From assembly GCA_965214705.1 (NCBI GenBank), contig OZ243972.1, forward strand, positions 992,001 through 1,056,000: a DNA stretch of 64,000 nt, read 5' to 3'. Source of the DNA: Alphaproteobacteria bacterium (GTDB lineage: Bacteria; Pseudomonadota; Alphaproteobacteria; UBA828). The translations under genes were made by a program, and so were the position numbers. Shown here piece after piece: positions 10,975 to 18,973 of this stretch. The notes beneath the pieces are model-generated. The model had not been told where the DNA came from and ran no database searches. It saw nothing but the letters and a program-made list of their open reading frames with translations. Within the stretch, counting starts at the first letter, position 1, and each line of letters begins with the position of its first letter.

Positions 10975-11643
10975 TTACCCGGCTTCCGGCCAGATCTGCA
11001 CGCCCGCGTGCTTGAAGCCCGTCGCCTTCGACATATTGAGGCGGATCAGCAGCGGTGTCAGCGCCTCAATGCAGCGCGCGCTCTCGGCCGGGCCGCAGTT
11101 GTAGGCGCGGGCACCGATGGTCTCGACCAAGTCCATCACCGCGCGCTTCGCCTCCAGGTCATCGCCGCAGACGAGGATGTCGCAGTTGATCGGCTGATCA
11201 AGTGCGGCAAGCACGTGGGCGGAGACGTTGTGGAGAGCGCCCACCACGGCGACGCCCTCGCCCAGCATCGCCTGCGCCGCCTCGGTCGCCGAGCCCTCGG
11301 GTGGCATCGCTGCCTTGCGGGGATTGCCGTCGGCGAGCGGCACGGCCATGTCAACCAGGATCTTGCCTTGCAACGCCTCGGTAAGCCCCGCGAGGGTCGC
11401 CTGGTGCGCGCTCCACGGTACCGCCAGCACGACCACGCGCTCGGCCCGCGCCACCGCGTCGGCGTTGGCGGCGCCTTCGATCGACCCCGGTGCATCAGGC
11501 ACGCCGGCTCTTAGATCGACGGCGATCTCCGCCGCGCGGGCGGCATCGCGCGAGCCGACCACGACGTCGATGCCGGCGAGTGCGCAGCGCTGCGCCAGCC
11601 CGCGGCCCTGAGGTCCGGTGCCTCCGATCACGGCGATTGCCAT
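10975..11643 (-). CDS. npdG: NADPH-dependent F420 reductase
   Basis: [53 protein letters not shown]. Confidence 0.9.
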   Translation of the reverse strand: MAIAVIGGTGPQGRGLAQRCALAGIDVVVGSRDAARAAEIAVDLRAGVPDAPGSIEGAANADAVARAERVVVLAVPWSAHQATLAGLTEALQGKILVDMAVPLADGNPRKAAMPPEGSATEAAQAMLGEGVAVVGALHNVSAHVLAALDQPINCDILVCGDDLEAKRAVMDLVETIGARAYNCGPAESARCIEALTPLLIRLNMSKATGFKHAGVQIWPEAG

Positions 11644-11675
11644 GGAATGGGTCTCCTGAGTGCGCCCGGCCGCAG

Positions 11676-12200
11676 CTACGCGTCGTAGGCGACGAGGGAG
11701 GTGATCGGCAGGTCGAGGCGTTGACGCCCGCCGAGGAAGCTCAGCTCAATGATGAAGGCCGCCGCCACCACCTCGGCACCCACTTGGCGCAGCAGCGCAT
11801 GCGACGCGGCCGCCGTGCCCCCGGTTGCAAGCAGATCATCGACCAGGACAACCCGCTGACCCGGCGCGACGGCGTCGGCCTGCACCTCGACCTGATCGGT
11901 GCCGTACTCGAGCGCGTATTCATACGCCACGGTCTCGCCCGGCAGCTTGCCCTTCTTGCGTACCATGATGAAGCCACACCCGAGTGCGTGCGCCACCGGC
12001 GCCGCGACCAGAAAGCCGCGGGATTCGATCCCTGCGAGAAGATCGGGCTTGTGACTGCCGACCACATCGACGAGACGCTGCACCGTCTCGCCCCAGGCCC
12101 GCGCGTGGGCGAGCAGGGTCGAGATGTCATAAAAGAGGATGCCTGGCTTGGGAAAGTCAGGAATTTCGCGGATGTGGTCGCGCAGGTCGAACGCGGACAT
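11676..12200 (-). CDS. apt: Adenine phosphoribosyltransferase
   Basis: [43 protein letters not shown]. Confidence 0.95.
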   Translation of the reverse strand: MSAFDLRDHIREIPDFPKPGILFYDISTLLAHARAWGETVQRLVDVVGSHKPDLLAGIESRGFLVAAPVAHALGCGFIMVRKKGKLPGETVAYEYALEYGTDQVEVQADAVAPGQRVVLVDDLLATGGTAAASHALLRQVGAEVVAAAFIIELSFLGGRQRLDLPITSLVAYDA

Positions 12201-12241
12201 GGCTGCCCCCAATCAGCGCAAGAGGGCTTTGTCCTCCGCGA

Positions 12242-12631
12242 TCACTCGGCGCCGGTGGCTTCCTTGAGATAGGCGATCAGGTTGTCGCGGTCCTTTTCCT
12301 TCCTGACCCCCTTGAACGCCATCTTGTTCTTCGGAATGTAACCCTTGGGATCGGCAATATAGGCTCTGATCGTCTCCTCGTCCCAGACGATTGCCGCGTC
12401 CTTCATCGCGTCCGAGTACTTCTTGAAGCCTTCGGCCGTGCCCGAGGTGCGGCCGAAGACGCCGTGGAGGTTCGGGCCCACCTTGTGCTTCCCGCCTTCC
12501 TTGACGGTGTGGCACACCTTGCACTTCTTGAAGACCTTCTTGCCCTTCTTCACATCAGCGGCAATGGCGGAGGCGCTTGCCGCCATCATGAAGGTGGCGA
12601 GGGCAACGGCGAGGACGTGTCGTGCGCGCAC
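12242..12631 (-). CDS. Class I cytochrome c (c2/c550-like), Lys-rich, with signal peptide
   Basis: GTG start after AAGGAG; Sec signal ending in AIA; CKVCH heme motif, KVGPNL.GVFGR, Met ligand in NKMAF. Confidence 0.93.
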   Translation of the reverse strand: MRARHVLAVALATFMMAASASAIAADVKKGKKVFKKCKVCHTVKEGGKHKVGPNLHGVFGRTSGTAEGFKKYSDAMKDAAIVWDEETIRAYIADPKGYIPKNKMAFKGVRKEKDRDNLIAYLKEATGAE

Positions 12632-12675
12632 GGGTATCTCCTTAGGTCTGGTCCCGATCATGCGGTGAACGCGCG

Positions 12676-12705
12676 AACATAGGCCGGGTTCGCACCCGCG
12701 ATCAA
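12676..12705 (-). promoter_or_regulatory. Putative sigma70 promoter for the cytochrome c gene
   Basis: Minus strand reads TTGATC-N18-TATGTT about 45 nt upstream of the start. Confidence 0.35.
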
Positions 12706-12764
12706 GGAGGCCATTCGGCCGGTGGCGCGCCGCTTCCGCGGAGCAGCGCGCCGCCGGCGGATGG

Positions 12765-14147
12765 CTACTGGACCCGGTACTCCTCGTCGAGGAAGAAGCG
12801 GCTGTCATAGTCCTCGACGCCAAGGTGGCACTCAGCGCAGAAGACGACGTTCTTGGCGCCCTTGCCGCCGGTCGTGCCGATCGTCCGGCCGCTCGGCATG
12901 ATCAGCGTGTAGCGCCAGTCGCCGGTATCGGCGTCGAAGCCGGCTTCCATCTTCTCCATCAGGAAGAGCGGCCCGGCGCCGATCTTGCCGTTGGGTTTGA
13001 CGGTGAAGCTGTCCTTGGCCAGAACGGTTCCGACGGGCGCTGGCCCCGCCTCTTCGAACTGGCTGTAATTGTCGGCGCCGATGTCGTTGGCGTAGTTGTT
13101 GACGTAGCGCGCGCCGTGGGTATCGGAGACGTAGGGTTGGGCCGCGACGTTCCGCCAATTCTGGTAGGACGCCGCCCACTGATTGCCCGACTTGGCGTAT
13201 CCCTCGGCCATGACCGCACTGATGCAGGCGTAGGCGTCTCGGGCCTCGTCTGCGGTCAACTCGACCTCTTCGCCGGCCGCGCAGGGGTTGCATGGATTGC
13301 AGGCGCCGCACGGGCCGCAAGGGTTCGCCGCACACGGGTTGCAGGGGTTGCACGGTCCACAGGGGTCGCAGGGATTGGCCGCTGCGCACGGATTGCAGGG
13401 GTTGCAAGGGCCGCATGGGTTGCACGGCTCGCACGGGCTGCAGGGACCACAGGGGCTGCAGGCTGCGGCGCAAGGGTTGCAAGGCCCACAAGGGTTGCAG
13501 GCTGCAGCACAGGGATTGCACGGATTACAGGGAGCGCACGGTCCGCAAGGGCTACAAGCACTCGCGCAGGGATTGCATGGACCGCAAGGAGCACATGGCC
13601 CGCAGGGGCTGCCAGCGGCAGCGAGGCGCGGAACCACGCAGTCCGAACTGACCGCAGCGCCCGCCGCGCACGGGTTGCAGGCGCCGCACGGCCCGCAGGC
13701 GCCCGCACAGGGATTGCAAGGGTTGCACGGTCCGCAAGGGCCGCAGGCGCCCGCACAGGGGTTACAGGGCCCACAGGGGTTGCATGCAGCTGCGCAGGGG
13801 TTGCACGGATCACATGGATTACACGGTCCGCAAGCACCACAAGCGGCGTCACAGGGGTTGCAAGGATTACACGGCCCACACGCAGACGCGCAGGGATTGC
13901 ACGGTTCGCACGGACTGCATGGTCCGCGAGGTCCGCATACCGCCGCGCACGGGTTGCACGGACTGCATGGTCCGCACGGGTTGCAGGAGGCGAAGAGCAG
14001 CACTCCCGGATCCTGATGCTGCGGGGTCGCCGCCGGGCTTTCGCCGGTGGATGTACCGGCCGTTGCGTGGCCGCCACTGGTGGCGACCGCGAGCCCGATG
14101 ACCACAGGGACCACCGTTCCGGCAAGCAAGGTGTTCGAGCGTGGCAT
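12765..14147 (-). CDS. Secreted cytochrome P460-family protein with a very large N-terminal Cys-rich (C-x-P)n region
   Basis: ATG at 14147 after GGGAGG; hydrophobic signal; two Cys blocks; C-terminal domain with [33 protein letters not shown] and a single C-terminal CAECH heme motif. Confidence 0.85.
   Translation of the reverse strand: MPRSNTLLAGTVVPVVIGLAVATSGGHATAGTSTGESPAATPQHQDPGVLLFASCNPCGPCSPCNPCAAVCGPRGPCSPCEPCNPCASACGPCNPCNPCDAACGACGPCNPCDPCNPCAAACNPCGPCNPCAGACGPCGPCNPCNPCAGACGPCGACNPCAAGAAVSSDCVVPRLAAAGSPCGPCAPCGPCNPCASACSPCGPCAPCNPCNPCAAACNPCGPCNPCAAACSPCGPCSPCEPCNPCGPCNPCNPCAAANPCDPCGPCNPCNPCAANPCGPCGACNPCNPCAAGEEVELTADEARDAYACISAVMAEGYAKSGNQWAASYQNWRNVAAQPYVSDTHGARYVNNYANDIGADNYSQFEEAGPAPVGTVLAKDSFTVKPNGKIGAGPLFLMEKMEAGFDADTGDWRYTLIMPSGRTIGTTGGKGAKNVVFCAECHLGVEDYDSRFFLDEEYRVQ
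13281..13985 (-). repeat. Coding low-complexity repeat C-[N/G/S/D/E/A]-P with AAA/AGA/ASA spacers, two blocks of 33 and 34 Cys
   Basis: Manual count from the translation; 9-nt periodicity (gggttgcac/gggttgcag) with synonymous variation. Confidence 0.92.
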
Positions 14148-14279
14148 GTCGGGCCTCCCTTGATGGCGTGATGGCGGCACTCTGAGCGAATTGTCGGCGA
14201 GCGCATGGTGCGGGGCAAACCCCTTCGACTCAAATTTTTGTGATTCCCGTGCCGGGTGAGCGGCAGCTAGGCTGCTGCA

Positions 14280-15155
14280 ATGGTTTTCTCCCGCGCACTT
14301 CTTGCGGTCTGTCTCGCGACCTGTGGCCTGGTCCTCGGGGGCGCTTCATATGCTGGTTCGGTGCCAGTTCCAGTCCTGGCGGAGGTCCCGGCCGGCCCCT
14401 TCATCGCGGGCTCCGACGCGGCCGAGCGGGAATACGCCTACCAGCTCGACGAGGCGGCCTACGGCCACTCCCGAACGCGGGAGCGCGGCTGGTACGATCG
14501 CGAGCGCCCGCGCGGAACCAAGTCACTGGACGGCTTCTTCATCATGCGCACGCTGATCACCAATGCCCAGTACGCGGCGTTCGTGGATGCCACGGGCCAC
14601 CGCGTGCCCGATGTCGATCCCGAGACCTGGCGCGGCTACAGGCTGATCCACCCTTACGAGCGCACCCGCCGCCACGCGTGGACGGAGGGAGTTCCGCCGC
14701 CTGGGCGCGAAAACCATCCCGTGGTCATGGTCTCGCACGACGACGCCAATGCCTACGCGGCCTGGCTCTCGGCCGAGACCGGGCGCGCCTGGCGTCTCCC
14801 CACCGAGCTGGAATGGGAGAAGGCCGCACGCGGCACGGACGGCCGCAACTTCCCCTGGGGCGATACGTTCGACCCAGCGCTGCTCAACAGCCACGATGCC
14901 GGTCCCTTCGACACGCTGCCGGTCGGGAGCTTTCCTGCCGGTGCAAGCCTTTACGGCCTCCTCGATGCGGCAGGCATGGTCTTCGAGTGGACCGCCTCGC
15001 CCGGCAATACGGGGCGCTTTCTGGTGAAGGGCGGATCGTGGGACGACAGCGGCTGCGGCATCTGCCGCCCTGCGGCACGGCACGGCCGGCCGGCGGACAT
15101 CAAGCACATCCTCGTCGGCTTCCGCCTCGTCGTCGATCCGGGCGCGGGGGGTTAG
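14280..15155 (+). CDS. FGE-sulfatase/SUMF1/EgtB/PvdO-family protein with signal peptide
   Basis: [72 protein letters not shown]. Confidence 0.88.
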   Translation: MVFSRALLAVCLATCGLVLGGASYAGSVPVPVLAEVPAGPFIAGSDAAEREYAYQLDEAAYGHSRTRERGWYDRERPRGTKSLDGFFIMRTLITNAQYAAFVDATGHRVPDVDPETWRGYRLIHPYERTRRHAWTEGVPPPGRENHPVVMVSHDDANAYAAWLSAETGRAWRLPTELEWEKAARGTDGRNFPWGDTFDPALLNSHDAGPFDTLPVGSFPAGASLYGLLDAAGMVFEWTASPGNTGRFLVKGGSWDDSGCGICRPAARHGRPADIKHILVGFRLVVDPGAGG

Positions 15156-15237
15156 CCTCCTCGGTCTGGCAAGAGCAAGCCCGCGACACTATCTTTTCCT
15201 GGCGGCACAGCCAGCGAACGGGCGACAGAGCGGCAGA

Positions 15238-15999
15238 ATGGCCCAGGCTTCAGCGGCGAAGAATGAGCGGCAGGAGGAGACCCGCCACCTCGACATGGCG
15301 ACACAGCCGGTGAAGCGGCTGCGCATGATGCTCGCCGCCGGCGAGGAGGTGCAGGAGGTCGAGCGGGTGCTCGGCAGAACCGGCGATAATGTGGTGAGCG
15401 AGCTGCTGCGCGGGCGCGGGACGTTCTACGAGTGGGACCATTACCCGAAAGGGGACGTCTTCGACGGTCAGAGCCACTCCCAGTATTTCTACCACGCCCA
15501 TCCCGGCGGCTTCCGGGATACCGAGCACGGGCATTTCCACACCTTCGTGCGCGCCAAGGGGATGCCGCGCGGCATGAAGCCCGTGCGCCGCAAGAAGCGC
15601 GACAAGTGGCCCATGGGTGACAAAGCGCTCACCCACGTCATCGCCATCTCGATGGGGTCGAAGGGTCAGCCTCTCAGGCTTTTCACCACCAACCGCTGGG
15701 TCACCGGCGAGACCTGGTATCGCGCGGATGACGTGGCAAAGGTGATCGGCCGCTTCGTCATCGACCACGCCCGCCCGTCATGGCCGACCAACCGCTGGGT
15801 CGGCGCCATGATCCGCCTCTTCTGGCCGCAGATCATCCTGCTGGTCAAGGCGCGTGATCAGGTGATCGAGAACTGGGCTGCCCAGAATCCGAAGCAGGAT
15901 ACCCTCGAAGATCGCCGCCTCGAGGTCGTCTCGCAGGCCGAGGTGGATATCGAGGCCCAGATCGCCGCAGTCAAGGCGGCCCTCGCCGCGAGAACCTGA
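15238..15999 (+). CDS. His-rich conserved hypothetical protein (resembles DUF6969 from memory)
   Basis: W.HYP..DV.D, YFYHAH, EHGHFHTF, THVIAISM, LFTTNRWVTGE; normal codon usage; no signal peptide. Confidence 0.7.
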   Translation: MAQASAAKNERQEETRHLDMATQPVKRLRMMLAAGEEVQEVERVLGRTGDNVVSELLRGRGTFYEWDHYPKGDVFDGQSHSQYFYHAHPGGFRDTEHGHFHTFVRAKGMPRGMKPVRRKKRDKWPMGDKALTHVIAISMGSKGQPLRLFTTNRWVTGETWYRADDVAKVIGRFVIDHARPSWPTNRWVGAMIRLFWPQIILLVKARDQVIENWAAQNPKQDTLEDRRLEVVSQAEVDIEAQIAAVKAALAART

Positions 16000-16037
16000 G
16001 GCGCAGTCGGCCCGCCGCTGTCACGGCTCCCGTACCG

Positions 16038-16071
16038 CAACAAAGAACGCCGCCTCTCCCGAGGCGGCGCC
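16038..16071 (-). terminator. Rho-independent terminator of the small Cys-rich gene
   Basis: Minus strand GGCGCCGCCTC-GGGA-GAGGCGGCGTT followed by CTTTGTT, about 30 nt after the stop. Confidence 0.75.
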
Positions 16072-16100
16072 CTTGGATACCGTTGTCGTTACTCTCAAAC

Positions 16101-16415
16101 TTACTCGGCAGCACACGGATCGCACGGGTTGCAAGCCGCGCACGGGTCGCACGGGTTGCAGGCCGCGCACGGGTCGCACGGATTGCAGGCATCCGCGACA
16201 ACGATGCGCTCGTCCAAGGAAGATTCGCACGGATTGCAACCGCCGCATGGGTTGCAAGCCTCGCACGGGTTACAGGCCCCGCACGGGTTGCACGGATCCT
16301 CGTGCGAGTCCGCAACGACGATCGGCTGCTCCCCAGCGGACACGGCCGACGGCGCAAGAGCGGCGCCGGCCGCCATGGTAACGATACTCACGGCGACCAC
16401 TGTTTCCTTGATCAT
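16101..16415 (-). CDS. Small secreted Cys-rich protein (17 Cys; two IVVAD-led CNPC cassettes)
   Basis: GAGGAGGAG RBS, ATG, Sec signal ending ..AVSA, own terminator; last cassette is CNPCDPCAA x3 (near-perfect 27-nt tandem repeat). Confidence 0.85.
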   Translation of the reverse strand: MIKETVVAVSIVTMAAGAALAPSAVSAGEQPIVVADSHEDPCNPCGACNPCEACNPCGGCNPCESSLDERIVVADACNPCDPCAACNPCDPCAACNPCDPCAAE

Positions 16416-16585
16416 TTTCGTAGTCTCCTCCTCGCAGACGCGAATTTAGTTGGTTTGAATTGGGGCTTCGCGCCGCCTCGGCGGACTGTCGAACCATGCG
16501 AAGCCCATGTCATTGTGGTGTATATCGGCAGTGCGCAAAAGTGCTTTCGTTTCAATGACGCGAATTTGAACGCCGGAGACGACCG

Positions 16586-17371
16586 ATGCCGGTCGCGAGC
16601 AGCGAAGATTACGCGAGGCTGGCGGCCACCGCGCGGCGATTGGCGCTGGAGGCCGGGCGGACTATCATGGTCTTCTACCGCGAAGGCACGCTGGTCGAGA
16701 CCAAGGCCGATTCCACACCCGTGACCGAGGCGGACCGCGCCGCAGACGGTCTCATCGTCACAGGCTTGCAGGCCGCGACCCCCGACATCCCCGTGATTTC
16801 CGAGGAGAGCACAAGCACAGGCCCGCCACCCGCCGGCGGGCGCTTCTGGCTGGTCGATCCGCTCGACGGGACACGGGAGTTCATCGCACGCACCAACGAG
16901 TTCACGGTCAATATCGCCTTGATCGAGGATGGCCGACCGGTGCTCGGCGTACTCCACGCCCCGGTCCAGGGCGAGACCTATCTCGCCGACGGGCAGGGCG
17001 GCGCCGTGCGCATCGTTGGCGACGGGGCGCCGCAGCCGATAGGCGCGCGGCCGGTGCCCGGTGAGGGCCCGGCCGTGATCGCCAGCCGCTCTCACCGCGA
17101 TGCCGAGACCGATGCGTTCATCGCGGGTCTGGGGCCTGCGCGGATCGAGAGCGCAGGCAGCGCCCTCAAGTTCGGCCTGCTCGCGCGGGGCGCGGCCGAT
17201 GTGTACCCACGCTTCGGCCGCACCATGGAGTGGGACACCGCCGCCGGCCACACAATCCTCTCCGCCGCTGGCGGCCATGTCCGCGACCTGAACGGGCGCG
17301 AGTTGCGCTATGGCAAGGCGGGGTTCGTGAATCCGCCCTTCGTGGCCTGCGGCGTGGATGGGGCCCGATGA
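16586..17371 (+). CDS. cysQ: 3'(2'),5'-bisphosphate nucleotidase
   Basis: KAD.TPVTEAD, ISEE, WLVDPLDGTREF, EFTVNIAL, SRSH, GSALKF, TMEWDTAAG. Confidence 0.93.
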   Translation: MPVASSEDYARLAATARRLALEAGRTIMVFYREGTLVETKADSTPVTEADRAADGLIVTGLQAATPDIPVISEESTSTGPPPAGGRFWLVDPLDGTREFIARTNEFTVNIALIEDGRPVLGVLHAPVQGETYLADGQGGAVRIVGDGAPQPIGARPVPGEGPAVIASRSHRDAETDAFIAGLGPARIESAGSALKFGLLARGAADVYPRFGRTMEWDTAAGHTILSAAGGHVRDLNGRELRYGKAGFVNPPFVACGVDGAR

Positions 17372-18030
17372 CACCCCCCGACGCCCAGGCCGGCCCTCCG
17401 TGCCTCGCACCGACCCCCGATGTCATCGCGCAGGCCGCGCGGGTGATCAGAGACGGTGGGCTCGTCGGGCTGCCGACCGACACGGTCTACGGCCTCGCCG
17501 CCGATGCCGCCAGCGATGCGGCCGTGGCAGGCGTCTTTCGTGCCAAGGGCCGGCCGGTCGGCAAGCCGCTCATCGCCCTCATCGCCACGATGGCGATGGC
17601 CGAAGCATGTGGCGAATTCTCTACCCCGGCCCTGGCGCTCGCCGATGCCTTCTGGCCCGGCCCGCTGACCCTGGTGCTGCCGCGTGGCCCAGCCTCGCCC
17701 CTCTCGCCGCTGGTTCACCAGGGCGCGCCCGGCGTCTCTCTGCGCATTCCCGGCAACGAGACTGCGCGTGCCGTCGTTGAGGCCGCGGAGCGGCCGGTGA
17801 CGGCGCCGAGCGCCAATCCCTCGGGCGCGCCGAGCCCGCTCACCGCACAAGAGGTGGCGACCGGCCTCGGGGCAGCGGTCGCGCTGGTGATCGACGGCGG
17901 CAGGGCCGCCGATAGCCTCGGCTCGACGCTACTCGACCTCACCGGGGACATCCCGCGTCTGCTCCGCGCAGGCGTCGTGAGTGCCCCGGCAATCGAGAGC
18001 GTGATTGGCCCTATCGTTCGCGCGGACTGA
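17368..18030 (+). CDS. tsaC: L-threonylcarbamoyladenylate synthase (YrdC domain only)
   Basis: PTDTVYGL, AKGRP..KPLI, FWPGPLT, APSANPSG; ATGA overlap with cysQ. Confidence 0.88.
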   Translation: MTPPDAQAGPPCLAPTPDVIAQAARVIRDGGLVGLPTDTVYGLAADAASDAAVAGVFRAKGRPVGKPLIALIATMAMAEACGEFSTPALALADAFWPGPLTLVLPRGPASPLSPLVHQGAPGVSLRIPGNETARAVVEAAERPVTAPSANPSGAPSPLTAQEVATGLGAAVALVIDGGRAADSLGSTLLDLTGDIPRLLRAGVVSAPAIESVIGPIVRAD

Positions 18031-18916
18031 GAAACTGCGTTAGGCCGACGGTGCCGCTGCCCCTGCGCGCGGGCTGCTGTTGAGAATCGTGCGGGCGCCA
18101 GCCTGTAAGATAGAGCACCTGGAAGGTGGCCGGGATACGCCCGTCGCCGCTACCGAACATCTCCTGGTAACCGTCTGCGGCGACACGGAAAGTAGCCCGC
18201 CGGGCAAAGTGCCGCGCCCGCCCGCGAGCGGCGTTGGCCTCGCCCATGGCGCGGAGATCGCGCATCAGCGCGTCGGCGCTCTCGTAGGTGACCGTGATCC
18301 GATCGCTGTCCACCACCGGCAGCGCAAAACCGGTCCGCTGCAACAGGGCGCCGAGGGTCTGGACATCGGGGAAGGGCGAGACATGGGGCCGCGCGCCGCC
18401 TTCCTGCCCCGCTTCCGCTTGCAGGAACGCCTCGCGCAGTTCAAACAAGGTCTCGCCGCCCAGCATCGCCACCAGCAGCAGGCCGTCCGGCCTGAGCGCC
18501 TGCCTGATCTGGACCAGCGCCCCCGGCAAGTCGTTCACCCAGTGCAGGCTGAGCGCGCTCACCACGAGATCGAGCGAGTCCGCGCGGATCGGCAGCCACT
18601 CCTCGTCGGCGACGAGGCGCGCGGGGCCCGAAGCGCGCGCCACCATGGCCGGCGAGAAGTCCGCCTCGATGAGCAAGTCGGGCGCGGCCTGCCGATGTAG
18701 CATCGGCCCGAGCTGCCCGCTGTGGCAACCAAGGTCGAGCACGCGGGGGAAGCGGCGCTTGACGTCTTCGAGCCGGCCCACCAGCCGCTCGCCCACCTCG
18801 CGAACCAGGAAGTCGCCACGCCCCGCGAAGCAAGCGGCGGCGCGGTCGCGGTGGGCGCGCACGGCGGCACGGTCGAAGACCGCGGCGCCGTCGGGCTGAG
18901 CCGCGCGCTGGGTCAT
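18011..18916 (-). CDS. SAM-dependent methyltransferase (BioC/NDUFAF5-like)
   Basis: FDR..V..HRDRA, VLDLGCH, DEE.LP, SLHWVNDLPG, PHVSPF, GFALPVVD; divergent from comF. Confidence 0.88.
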   Translation of the reverse strand: MTQRAAQPDGAAVFDRAAVRAHRDRAAACFAGRGDFLVREVGERLVGRLEDVKRRFPRVLDLGCHSGQLGPMLHRQAAPDLLIEADFSPAMVARASGPARLVADEEWLPIRADSLDLVVSALSLHWVNDLPGALVQIRQALRPDGLLLVAMLGGETLFELREAFLQAEAGQEGGARPHVSPFPDVQTLGALLQRTGFALPVVDSDRITVTYESADALMRDLRAMGEANAARGRARHFARRATFRVAADGYQEMFGSGDGRIPATFQVLYLTGWRPHDSQQQPARRGSGTVGLTQFLSPRER

Positions 18917-18973
18917 GTCGCCGGTTATGGCATGATGGACAGGAGGCTGGAAGCGCACGCGGGAGTCGGGCTA

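Noticed and set aside
13281-13985. Possible CRISPR array or non-coding tandem repeat
   Set aside because: The period is 9-12 nt with third-position variation and no unique spacers, and no cas genes are present; it is a coding repeat.
13281-13985. Multiheme cytochrome or polyferredoxin reading of the CxxC arrays
   Set aside because: No CxxCH occurs in the repeat, and there is no ferredoxin scaffold between Cys runs. Fe-S binding is not strictly excluded, but the Sec-type signal argues against it.
13288-14016. Plus-strand ORF reading like collagen (GLQGPHGPQGLQ...)
   Set aside because: It is the antisense mirror of the C-x-P repeat (Pro codons give Gly). It has no RBS, signal or flanking domain, whereas the minus frame has an RBS, a signal peptide and a heme domain.
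16129-16449. Plus-strand HGSHGLQ repeat ORF
   Set aside because: Antisense shadow of the small Cys-rich gene, which has an RBS, a signal peptide and a terminator.
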